A DNA stretch of 63,985 nt, the filler included, from Lenisia limosa (Eukaryota; Protista; Breviatea): the NCBI GenBank assembly GCA_001655205.1. It is 6 parts of 6 records of this genome, joined end to end, with 100 filler letters (N's around TTAATTAATTAA, not from the genome) between each part and the next. Parts side by side here need not be neighbours in the genome. Positions count along the whole stretch, not along the records: positions 1 to 27,513 come from LPNZ01010207.1; positions 27,614 to 33,540 come from LPNZ01010572.1; positions 33,641 to 43,899 come from LPNZ01004326.1; 3 more parts are not named here. One strand, written 5' to 3'. Positions within the stretch are counted from its first letter, which is position 1. Every line of letters starts with the position of its first letter. This document shows, piece after piece, positions 23,637 through 33,743 of this stretch. The notes beneath the pieces are model-generated. The model was not told where the DNA came from. It did not search any database and saw only the letters and a list, made by a program, of their open reading frames with translations. The translations under genes and the position numbers were made by a program.

Positions 23637-26346
23637 TTAGTCCATCCAAGTGCGACGCTCTTGTGGAGGGGGTACCCACTTTTGACTAAAATTGTGAGTA
23701 ATGATGTGGCATTTAACAACAACTTGTGAAATTGTAATTGAGTCAATTTGAGTCAATTTGGTTCATCATAGATTGGCACCATTTGAGCCTACGTGATCTT
23801 GCGGCGGGAGGTGACGAGGTCAATGAGGGACTCTCCAGTGATATCATGGCAGCCAAAACGTGAAAGGTTGATACCGCCAAAGCTGAATGGCTCGCGAGGA
23901 ACAGGAACACCTACTCCGACTCCCATCATGCCGGCTACAAAGTTAGAGCCCCATTCACAATAGAAATATTCACATGAAATAACAGCAAACCTTGGAAGCG
24001 AGAAGTGAACCAGTCAGCTTGGTCGCCAGATGAAGTGTAAACCTAAAAAAAATTGTTAAAAAAAAATCTGTGAAAGTGACAGAAATAGAAATAGGAACAA
24101 TCATTCGCCCCTCCATACAGCAGCAGCGTTTCCATAGGGGTTGGAGTTCTCAATATGGATAGCTTCTTCACGATCCTATTGGGTGAGGCACGGGGAGCAA
24201 ACAGAAGCAACCACAACCGTGCTGTATCATTACAAACCTTGCACTCGTAGATTGAGAGGACAGGGCCGAAGAGCTCTTCCTTCATGCAGGGGTGTTCAGG
24301 ATCCTGGAAAAATCATCAGAATGATAAATCTGTTGTGTGACATTCACTGAACTACCCAATAAGCGTACATTGAACTTGAGAATGGTGGGACCAAGCCAGT
24401 TGCCTCCTTCCTTGTTCATCCAGGAGCGTCCGTCAAGAAGGAGCTAAAACCATCACAAAATAGAGGGCGAGAAATAATAGGACAAATGGTGGGAAAGACG
24501 CTCACTTCAGCACCGTCCTTAAGGGCCATGTCAACATAGTACATGATGTGATCACGGCCAGCTGCGTCAATGATGGGTCCCATCTACCGAGTTAATGTAA
24601 CAGGATGACAATGGATTACCAAGGATAGAGAGGGTTATGCAAAATGCACTCTGCAGAGGACAAACCTGTCCAGGTGCCACACCAGGCTGGATCTTGGCAG
24701 CCTTCGCCTTTACGGACTCAATGAGCTCGTTTTGCTTGCCAACGGTGAGGAGAATACCAGCCATCATGCAGCGTTGGCCAGCACAGCCGGTGAAACTGGG
24801 GTAATCATTAATATGGTTCAAAAGCAAACATGAAATGATGAGAAAGATGTGAATCTCCTCGGTACATATCATATCTTATATCGAATACTAGATTGTGTAT
24901 TATATGATATGATAGATGGCCCACGAGTTGACGATGTCGTTGGAGGTCATTTCGAGGCAAGCGTCGGGAACGGCAACGAGGTGGTTCTTGGCAGCTCCGA
25001 GAGCAGTGCAACGCTTGCCGCTATTGGGTAAATGAATTGTACCTAAGGCTTTTCTTTGGGCCGAATAAGTCTGAATTTTCTCAAAACTGTCGATATTTTA
25101 ACAGCCTTATCAGACAGAAGTGAAGTCCTAATTGTACCAAACATGCCAACCTCAGGATGGAACGTTCGTAGACGATTTTGGCAACTGTGGAGGATCCAAC
25201 AAAGGTCACAGCGTCAATACCTTCGCTATCACAGATGGCCTCAACAGTCTTGAATGTAAGTTCATTTCCGAAAAGATGATGATGATGAAAAGTAAACCAA
25301 TTGCTTACATCCTTGGCACCATTGACAACGTTGAAAACACCCTTAGGAAGTCCAGCCTCTTCAAGAAGTTCGGCGAGAATAGCACCGCCAATAGGGGTCT
25401 TTTCGGAAGGCTTCAAGATCATGGTATTACCGCAAGCAAGAGTGATAGGTACAGTCCTTGTTGGTGAGAACTGAAAGATTACTGAATGGACGTACCAGTT
25501 GGGAACCATGAATGGAAAGTTGAAGGGTGTGATAGAGGCCACAACTCCAAGGGGCTTCTTAACCTCTCTGCAGGTAATGCCAGGGCCAACTTCTAGCATT
25601 TTTCCAGCACTAAACTGTGAGAACCTCAGAGCTACCTGGGCTGCTTACATAAGTTGGGGCATGGAGCAAGCATATTCGTTGGTCTCATTAGCCTTAAGGA
25701 CTGAGCCAAGTGCTTCGTTGCGGTTCTTCCCGTTCTCAGCAGTAACGGAGGCAGCCTAGATGATTAAAACAGTAGTATTTGAATGCTGAGCATTCAGTAC
25801 CAAAAACCCCGCCTACAATAGCTTCAAGGTTGTTCTCAACGAGCTGTTGGTAACGGAACAGAACACTGCAACGCTCCTTGACTGACTTTGAAGACCATGC
25901 CCCAAAAGCATCACGAGCAGCATCAACGGCAGCTTCAACATCAGCTCTGCTTGGTTAGATATGTAGCCCTTGAATAAATCAACACCATGAAACATACCCA
26001 GATGACATTGCAACGTCAGAGATCACAGTTCCGCAAGAAGGGGAGACAACTGGCATATATTCATTGGTTGAAGGAGGAACAACCTTTCCAGCAATAACAT
26101 TGTTAATGACTCCAGCAGCTGAAGTACCTATGAAAGTCAGAAGAGTTTGACAGAAACGGAAATCAAGGAAATTCAGAGTATCTCTAATCATTCCCTTAGT
26201 ATACTGAAATTATTATACATTATGTCCAAAGAGAACAAAACTAGGAGAAGAGAGGAACAAAGAGTAAGGTTAAGTAACATACGAGCAGCGTGGAGGCCAA
26301 CTAAGGCAGTAGGGCCGTAGGTTACACCTTTGAAAAAGCTTAACAT
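23637..26346 (-). CDS. mmsA: Methylmalonate/malonate-semialdehyde dehydrogenase (CoA-acylating, ALDH6 family)
   Basis: Exons give PLGVVASITPFNFPFMVPNW, CGNTMILKPSEKTP, FVGSSTVAKIVY, KRCTALGAAKNH (no catalytic Glu of the usual ELGG motif, typical of ALDH6), FTGCAGQRCM, EELFGPVL, VGVPVPREPFSFGG and KWVPPPQERRTWMD*. Confidence 0.93.
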
Positions 26347-26761
26347 TCTAAAGAAAGTCAGTAGCAGCAAAAAAATGAAAAGATTTATCAAAGTGAATGC
26401 TAGATCACTATTTATAGGCCGTATTTTCATTCTTTTGGTATCTCTCCTTGTAATGTTTCAAAAGGAAACGAGTTTAAGGAGACAGATTCCAAATTGTGAA
26501 AAATTGGAAGGGATCAGAAGAACTGTTCAATGTGCAAGCCCTTGCATACCTTAAATTGAGTGCCAAGCCTTAAAAGTAGCTCAAAAAAATAATTTTGACG
26601 CGATAAAAAGGGAATGAACTGAACTTCCTGAAAGAAATTTTACCTTTTTGGAAATCAGTTTCTTTTTATACCGTTTTTTTGAGACGCATCATCTTTTATT
26701 AATTGATAACTCAAATAATTGCTATTAATTACCAACAAAAACAGGTAACTAAAGTTGGACT
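26347..26761. promoter_or_regulatory. Putative bidirectional promoter between MMSDH and the class-III aminotransferase
   Basis: A 415-bp AT-rich spacer between divergent ATGs. The function is inferred. Confidence 0.5.
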
Positions 26762-27513
26762 ATGTTGTCACAACTGCGAACCGCGGTTGTTAGGGCAGGA
26801 ACTCCCTCACTGAGAAGTACTATTGCCAGAGGTAACAGCAGAGCCCTCTTTTGTAAAATAATCTTTTCAGGACTTTTTATTCCGTGCTTTCCTTCGCCTT
26901 CTATCCCTGCTCCATCTTCTGTCGATGATTATGACTGGGAAAAACGTAGGGGCAAGTTATTTTTTGACTTCACTTTATCATTCCAAATCTGTCACTTCCA
27001 CATTTCACTTTCATTCCGCCTAGGCCGGCAGATTGGCCTGAAGAAGTATGAAAAAATTTGGACACCTGAAGCTGTTGAGGAGGCTTGTCGCAAAAATGCT
27101 TTGCTGACTTGGATGCCTTCTGGTATGAGGATGGGATCGATGATTCACATTTCAGGAGGTGGCATTTCAGAAAACATTATTGGTGCTTCTGGATGCTACT
27201 TTTATACATCAACAGGAGATAAGGTTCTTGATATGTCTTCCTCAGGTTTGCATTGGGCATTCATATTATATTCATTTTCAAATATCATTGTTCAGCTGTG
27301 TGTGTCAATGGAGGCTACACCCCCCCACCCGGAATGACCGAGACCATCACCGTTTGCTTGTAATTTCTGCTATTTTGATACTTCCTTTTCAAAAGCACGA
27401 TAACAGTGACAGGATGCCTTGAAAACCCTTCCTTATGTACATGGAGTAGACAGCTGTCACCCACTCAAAGCTAAGGTTTGTTTTCAATCTGTGATTTTGA
27501 ATGTACTTTCACA
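26762..27513 (+). CDS. Class-III (omega-amino acid / beta-alanine--pyruvate-type) aminotransferase, 5' part only, truncated at assembly break
   Basis: Presequence-like MLSQLRTAVVRAG..., then NALLTWMPS...ASGCYFYTSTGDKVLDMSSSAVCVNGGY...DALKTLPYVHG...HPLKAK, the typical N-terminal block of class-III aminotransferases. The PLP-lysine region lies beyond the break. Confidence 0.8.
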
Positions 27514-27613
27514 NNNNNNNNNNNNNNNNNNNNNNNNNNNNNNNNNNNNNNNNNNNNTTAATTAATTAANNNNNNNNNNNNNNNNNNNNNNNNNNNNNNN
27601 NNNNNNNNNNNNN
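27514..27613. other. Artificial 100-bp scaffold/contig linker N44-TTAATTAATTAA-N44 (also 33541-33640, 43900-43999, 60073-60172, 62388-62487)
   Basis: Five copies with exactly 44 N on each side of a 12-mer that has stops in all six frames. Confidence 0.97.
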
Positions 27614-27690
27614 TATGAAAAAAAAAGAAGCCCAAAATCAACTCTGTTGGCTGACAACACACGAGGGTTGATACCAACAAAACAAACAAA
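27614..27690 (+). repeat. Dispersed repeat family R4 (core GCCCAAAATCAACTCTGTTGGCTGACAACACACGAGGGTTG)
   Basis: Related copies at about 35370-35470 (-), 42725-42778 (+), 54260-54292 (-), 61700-61900 (-) and 63895-63985 (+), with partial copies near 29480 and 33310. Confidence 0.85.
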
Positions 27691-27698
27691 GCCCCGGC

Positions 27699-27789
27699 TA
27701 GGGGTTATAGATACGGTCCAAAAAAGACCGTCAAAATATCTATATTTATCGAGGATTTATTCGTCTTTTGGGACCATAGGGAAGCCCTA
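27699..27789. mobile_element. hAT-type MITE, degenerate copy
   Basis: Right end GGGAAGCCCTA and central ATCGAGGATTTAT core shared with the other copies. Confidence 0.7.
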
Positions 27790-27828
27790 GTTATTGACGC
27801 TTTACTTTCTTTGTGGGGGGTTGATCAG

Positions 27829-29786
27829 GTCGAATTATGACAGGTTCTCTCTCATGCTTGAAAGGTAATTTTGTGAGATGATATTGTCACCTTGTCTTTT
27901 TGATCATAATTAACCCAGATTACTAGACATTGTCACCTTGTCTTTTTGATCATAATTAACCCAGATTATTAGACTTTGTCACCTTGTGTTTTTGATCATA
28001 ATTAACCCAGATTATTAGACATTGTCACCTTGTGTTTTTGATCATAATTAACCCAGATTATTAGACATTGCCACCTTGTCTTTTTGATCACAATTAACCC
28101 AGATTATTAGACATTATCACCTTGTTTTTTTTTTATCATAATTAACCCAGATTACTAGACATTGTCACCTTGTCTTTTTGATCATAATTAACCTGTCTAG
28201 GTTGGGCATCATGTCCAGGAGTGTCCAGTATCGCCCTTCTCTCGACAAGTGGGAGGGAAGAGGGAATATTTTAAAGGACAAGAAAATATTAATAAGCTGT
28301 GAAGGTTTCAAGAAACCATTTTATATGATAACCAAAATTGTAACCCAAAAATAATCACTTTTAGAGCTTTAAAGAACCCCCCCCCCCNNNNNNNNNNNNN
28401 NNNNNNNNNNNNNNNNNNNNNNNNNNNNNNNNNNNNNNNNNNAAAATGATTTACCCTATAATGACCACTTTTAGAGCTCTTCAATCCTACAAATTTCTGT
28501 GTCAGAAATCTAAGTTGTTCAAGTCAACCCAGTCATTTGTTCCTGTCATCCCCCATCCGGTATGAAGGAGGACTATACCTTGGGCTTCACTTCGTTCCAA
28601 AAAAGACTGAATTTATCTTTTCGAACTGAAGTGAAGCCCTAACTAAGCCTTGGGTTTCACTTCGTTCTAAAAAAGACTGGTAAAATATCGATATTTATAG
28701 AGGAGTTATCAAGAAATCCAGTCTTTTTTTTTTTTTTTTTTTTTTTTNNNNNNNNNNNNNNNNNNNNNNNNNNNNNNNNNNNNNNNNNNNNNNNNNNNNN
28801 NNNNNNNNNNNNNNNNNNNNNNNNNNNNNNNNNNNNNNNNNNNNNNNNNNNNNNNNNNNNNNNNNNNNNNNNNNNNNNGACGTCTTCTTATGACTGAAGC
28901 TCTCACCAATACTCTGAAAACCGTTTATTGCTACCTTGTACTAAACAAAGCCCTACTTTTCTGCCGCTTTACTACAACTAGCACTCACCTTTTCAGACCT
29001 ATCTTGTTGGCCTTCTCACTGCCCGCAACCGCTTCTTAGGTACGAGGGCGGCGCGATTGATATAGTATGATATAGTATGATATAGTATATTATATGATAT
29101 ATATATATATTTTAATTATTTTTTTTTAAAGAAGGTAGAAATTTTTTAGTTAAAATTGTACTGGGATATTTTTTTTTTTTACTTATTTTAATAATAAATA
29201 TAAAACTCAGTCGCACCCTAAGGGCAGATTAACATTTACCTGTTCTGATTTATAACATTAAAAGCCAGCCAATTGGGTGTAATCTTTTGTATTCATCTTT
29301 CAGCTTCACCCTGCGCAACTGAAGGAATCGTTGAGCACCTCCCTCGACCTCTTAAGGGGCTTCTCCCCGATAGACGTGTAGATGGTGTTGCTGTGGGGGG
29401 ACGTGTATGATATCACACTGTAGAAGGGACTAACGTTTTATGTACAGTTGTTTGGTTTCACATTATTTCCTTCGTTTTTTTGTTTCATAAATTTGCCATT
29501 TTACTCCCCCCCCCNNNNNNNNNNNNNNNNNNNNNNNNNNNNNNNNNNNNNNNNNNNNNNNNNNNNNNNNNNNNNNNNNNNNNNNNNNNNNNNNNNNNNN
29601 NNNNNNNNNNNNNNNNNNNNNNNNNNNNNNNNNNNNNNNNNNNNNNNNNNNNNNNNNNTCTTCGGGATCACTCCCGAGTTCCTGGAGCATGTCAAGTCCT
29701 CCGACTTCCAGGGCTTTCCCTGCAGCCGTATTACTGAGAACAAGCATTATTCCAAGCGCATGGCCCGCGCAGTGAGCAAGGCTTGA
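27829..29786 (+). CDS. 3' part of an uncharacterised multi-exon gene
   Basis: In-frame exons SNYDRFSLMLER|LGIMSRSVQYRPSLDK|ALQSYKFLCQKSK...PHP, LMTEALTNTLKTVYCYL|TYLVGLLTARNRFLG, and last exon FGITPEFLEHVKSS...RAVSKA*. Interrupted by N gaps. No family recognised. Confidence 0.6.
27883..28193. repeat. Intronic 46-bp minisatellite, about 6.7 copies
   Basis: Unit ATTGTCACCTTGTCTTTTTGATCATAATTAACCCAGATTATTAGAC starts at 27883, 27929, 27975, 28021, ... with no spacers. Confidence 0.95.
28580..28730. mobile_element. Two tandem hAT-type MITE copies (first internally deleted, second truncated by gap)
   Basis: TGGGCTTCACTTCG...GAAGTGAAGCCCTA with flanks ACTATACC / ACTAAGCC (6/8 match). Confidence 0.8.
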
Positions 29787-29809
29787 CATTTTTTTTTGAA
29801 CCAGACAAA

Positions 29810-29909
29810 TAGGACTTCACTTCGGTCTGAGAAATACCGGTACAATATCGATAGTTTTCGAGGATTTATCGAAAAATTCAATCTTTCTTCGAACCGAAGT
29901 GAAGCCTTA
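29810..29909. mobile_element. hAT-type MITE with perfect 8-bp target-site duplication
   Basis: CAGACAAA | TAGGACTTCACTTCGGT...ACCGAAGTGAAGCCTTA | CAGACAAA. Confidence 0.9.
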
Positions 29910-30289
29910 CAGACAAATAGTTATGATTCCGTGCAATTCATTTTTGAAACAATTAAATGATATAATTTGAGAATATAGTGTCTGACATGGGGGTTCTTGT
30001 TACATGTCTCTCTGTTAATTTTCAATTAATTGCGGAGTCTGAGAAATAATGTACTACATATATATTATCAAGATATTATTAGAAATCCAGGGAAATACAT
30101 AAATACAGAGGGATATCGCCACCTCGTGAACATCAATATTGACCAAGTATTTATCAATAAAACATATTAAATGACATTTTGGGGGCTTTCAATTCCACGT
30201 TGATAAGTCAACCAGTGTGTATTTTATAGCAAGATTTTATGAAACTTGATTTTATTGCTTCTCATCACTAAATCAATTCACTCATTAGG

Positions 30290-33200
30290 CTCACCTTGCT
30301 GATACCCCCTTTGTTGAAGCTCGTGTTCCACCTCATGTGTATCGGGTAGAAACTGACAGGTTCGTGGTTATGTCTACAGAACACCTGATTGGCTCAACAT
30401 TTATAGAACACTCATATGGGGGAAGGCTATTTAACAAAAGATCACCCCTTCATACATATCCATCTCGGTCAAGTGTGCATTATATCGAACTTGTAGAAAC
30501 TAGAATACTATATCAAATAGATACATTATGTCTTAGTATTGGCCTCAATATAGTTTTTTCTTATACTCTTCACTGCTCCTCTACGATTGTTTTTCTCGCG
30601 TTGCAGTAAAACACCATAATGACAAAACATAATGCAATATTCCTCTGTGTCTGACTTGAGCAGATGGGCACGCCACGCCTTTCCTCGCGTCTACGCCAAG
30701 GACTACACATTGGATGACCTCAAAATGACCCGTCTTGATATAGTGATGGACAGTGAAATCGAGCCTGGCATGGGGGTAATGGGGGNNNNNNNNNNNNNNN
30801 NNNNNNNNNNNNNNNNNNNNNNNNNNNNNNNNNNNNNNNNNNNNNNNNNNNNNNNNNNNNNNNNNNNNNNNNNNNNNNNNNNNNNNNNNNNNNNNNNNNN
30901 NNNNNNNNNNNATCTGGACTGTCGTGGAGTCTTTGGGAGTCATGGTGAAGACAACTCTTGAACACTACAACTCCCATCCCAAGCACACTCATCTTCTTCC
31001 CGCTTACGAGACCCTCAACGCCCCAACTCTTGCTGGTGGGAATGGCTGCTTTTTTCTTTAGGACTTTGAGGTGTTACATTCAGTATTTATTATTCAGACT
31101 GTGAGAAGCTAGTGTTTTCCACCATCCACCGGCTTGTTCCTTTAGTTGGGTGCCGAACTGTTGACACTGGTATGCCCTGTGTTACTATCTCATATGCATG
31201 TTAATATATGATATGATATAGTACATGGATGATTATATGATATACTATTGTAATTAGTACTCCTATAGAATGTTAATACTGGTATGTTAATATCATATAT
31301 TAATACTTCAACCTGAACCTGGGTATCTTGGTTCATAATTCTAGTGAGTGTTTTTGGGGCTTGGGGTGTACAGTAGATTTATAATAATGCGGTATTGTTG
31401 TGTTGTGACAAATGATTAGGTGAATTAATATTATGCTATAATATCCCATATCTCTTATAAGCGTGATGTGGACGGCTTCGGCCAGATACATCTTTATTTT
31501 TAATTTCTCATCTATATATTATATCTCACCCCTCAGGGGGACTGTACCGAGGTTGTGACGTTGACAAGTTAGCTGACGTGGACACCGCCATTCTTCCTGA
31601 AGTGGGTAGCTCGGATTCTATCTCCATCTTTCTATCATTATAGAAACCTCATCATAATAGCCTCGTGTAAATGGACTGAATATCGAAAGCTATAAGATCA
31701 AGGAAGCCTTGATTATTATATTCCTTTGAATTCAGTTCTGGATGACAATCGTAGCCCGCAGTAATGGAGGAAGCAGAAGGCAAAGACACGCAAGAGGAAA
31801 CTGAAGCCGGTTTGTCTATGTAATTAATAATGTATAATTACTATTACCATATCAATATTATATGTATATTATGATATGTAGTAGTAGGATTATACACCAT
31901 TTTGATATTATGATATGAACTATCAATATATATCGATATATGATATCTATTGTTATTTGTATGTTGCATCAGCTGTGCATATTTATCATTTATCTCATTT
32001 TATCAGATAATCAAGATTCGCCTTTATCTCGGGAGGAAGTTGAAAACAACTGGGCCCAAATGGGACTCGTTCAAAGGTGGGGGGGATTGGATCATTTTCC
32101 ATTCGGATTAATGGGCTTTTGTTCATTCGGATGACTTACTTCAGAATGATGTGTGTATCTGCTCTGAGGAAGCAAATGGGCATACTTGATGTTGACCAGT
32201 ATGGGGGTGTTACTTGACCGGTTAGAAAATATCGATAGTTTTCGAGGATTTATCGAGGCATTCAGTCTTTTTTCAACCGAAGTGAAGCCCTAACTATGAT
32301 CACTATTAGTCGACGCAGAAAGTTGTTTGATAACACCCCCAGCGCGCGTTGCAAGCAGCAAATGGATCCAACACGATCTGTTGGCTCGGAGTTTATCATG
32401 CTTCCTATCATGAATGACGATGCTATGGTGAATACCTTTGCTTTCTGTGGCACTCTCTTTGTGGGGGGGGGGGCTATGCATTGAGAGTTTTGAAGAAGTA
32501 TTACATGTATGTATAGAATGTGTATTCTGTGTTTTTCTTCCTTAATTAATTGATACACATTCTTGTTCTCAAATACATGTACATATCGATGTATAGTGAC
32601 CAATTTAAGTCCATTTTTATCATGACTTGTATAATATATATTATCTGATATCATAAGGATGCAACTTTTCATTAATTATGCCAAATAGATAATACATTGT
32701 AAAATATTGTATTTTATGATACATATCATGTGCTACTTAATATGTTATAACTAGGGCTTCCCAACGGTCCCAGAAAAGACCGAAACTCTCAATAAATCCT
32801 TGATAAGTATCGAGACCGTAGGGAAGCCCTGGTTATATTGATCTCTATTTGATGAACGATTGTGCTGACAACCCAGGACTTAATACCCTATGCACTTCAG
32901 AAGTACCAGATCGTAAATGAAGAAACTCCCATCCATATCCCTGGTTGGTTGGGTATTGACTGTTCCTTCTTGCCTATTCACACTTTTCTCTTTGCCCCCT
33001 CAATTAGTCTCTTCTCTCCCTCTCTCATTCTCTCTCCCTCTCCCTCTCCCTCGCTGTCCTCCCCCCCNNNNNNNNNNNNNNNNNNNNNNNNNNNNNNNNN
33101 NNNNNNNNNNNNNNNNNNNNNNNNNNNNNNNNNNNNNNNNNNNNNNNNNNNNNNNNNNNNNNNNNNNNNNNNNNNNNNNNNNNNNNNNNNNNNNNNNNNN

Positions 33201-33540
33201 NNNNNNNNNNNNNGTTTATTGTTATCATCAGCCTCCAGAGTTTATTGTTATCATCAGCCTCCAGAGTTTATTGTTATCATCAGCCTACACAGATTTTGGT
33301 TTTTTTTTCTCATAAATTTCCAATTTTATTAAGAGAGAGCCTCTCGCTCTTGCTGTCTTCTTATTGCACCCAACTCTGGCTTCATCGAAATTTCCTTCGT
33401 TTTACTCCCCTTAGCCAACTCGATTTTTGACAGCACGGTACGTCGAGAGACTCGAAGCCGTCCACTGAACAAATCCTGTACGTACATTCTCAGAGTGAAG
33501 GAGCGTAAGGACGGCAAGAAGAAGAAACCGTCAAAGCCTG
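30290..33540 (+). CDS. Scattered exons of one or more uncharacterised genes, 3' truncated
   Basis: GC-richer GT-AG-bounded segments such as RWARHAFPRVYAKDYTLDDLKMTRLDIVMD, GLYRGCDVDKLADVDTAILPE, DNQDSPLSREEVENNWAQMGLVQ and LTTQDLIPYALQKYQIVNEETPIHIP. The full phase chain was not resolved. Confidence 0.45.
32215..32291. mobile_element. hAT-type MITE, left end missing
   Basis: AAAATATCGATAGTTTTCGAGGATTTATCGAG...ACCGAAGTGAAGCCCTA. Confidence 0.8.
32752..32831. mobile_element. hAT-type MITE (CCTACGG subfamily)
   Basis: TAGGGCTTCCCAACGGTC...GACCGTAGGGAAGCCCTG with flanks GTTATAAC / GTTATATT (6/8 match). Confidence 0.85.
33214..33287. repeat. 26-bp tandem repeat, about 3 copies, beside an N gap
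   Basis: GTTTATTGTTATCATCAGCCTCCAGA at 33214, 33240 and 33266. Confidence 0.9.
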
Positions 33541-33743
33541 NNNNNNNNNNNNNNNNNNNNNNNNNNNNNNNNNNNNNNNNNNNNTTAATTAATTAANNNN
33601 NNNNNNNNNNNNNNNNNNNNNNNNNNNNNNNNNNNNNNNNGTATGGAATAGAGGGGTTTGACTAGTAATGCTGTCGTGGAGGTATGGAATAGAGGGGTTT
33701 TAAAGGCACAATTTCTCCGCACGGGCTTAAATTGACCCCTTAG

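Noticed and set aside
23637-26346. The ALDH as phosphonoacetaldehyde dehydrogenase PhnY partnering phnW
   Set aside because: The LGAAKNH, PFNFP and VPVPREPFSFGG motifs are ALDH6/MMSDH-type, and the ELGG catalytic Glu expected of a non-acylating ALDH is absent. Side activity is untested.
16970-26700. ACGCG/GACGC as a shared promoter motif (about 16974, 19737, 26596, 26684)
   Set aside because: There are too few occurrences, one is intronic, and it cannot be distinguished from chance without genome-wide statistics.
27558-27569. TTAATTAATTAA as a biological motif
   Set aside because: It is always flanked by exactly 44 N on each side, so it is an assembly linker.
27883-28193. 46-bp and 36-bp (44811-45074) arrays as CRISPR arrays
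   Set aside because: Units are contiguous with no unique spacers, lie in spliceosomal introns, and there are no cas genes.
27614-29786. Continuation of the class-III aminotransferase across the first linker
   Set aside because: Exons after the join show no class-III motifs (no SGxEA, no DEV/PLP-lysine block).
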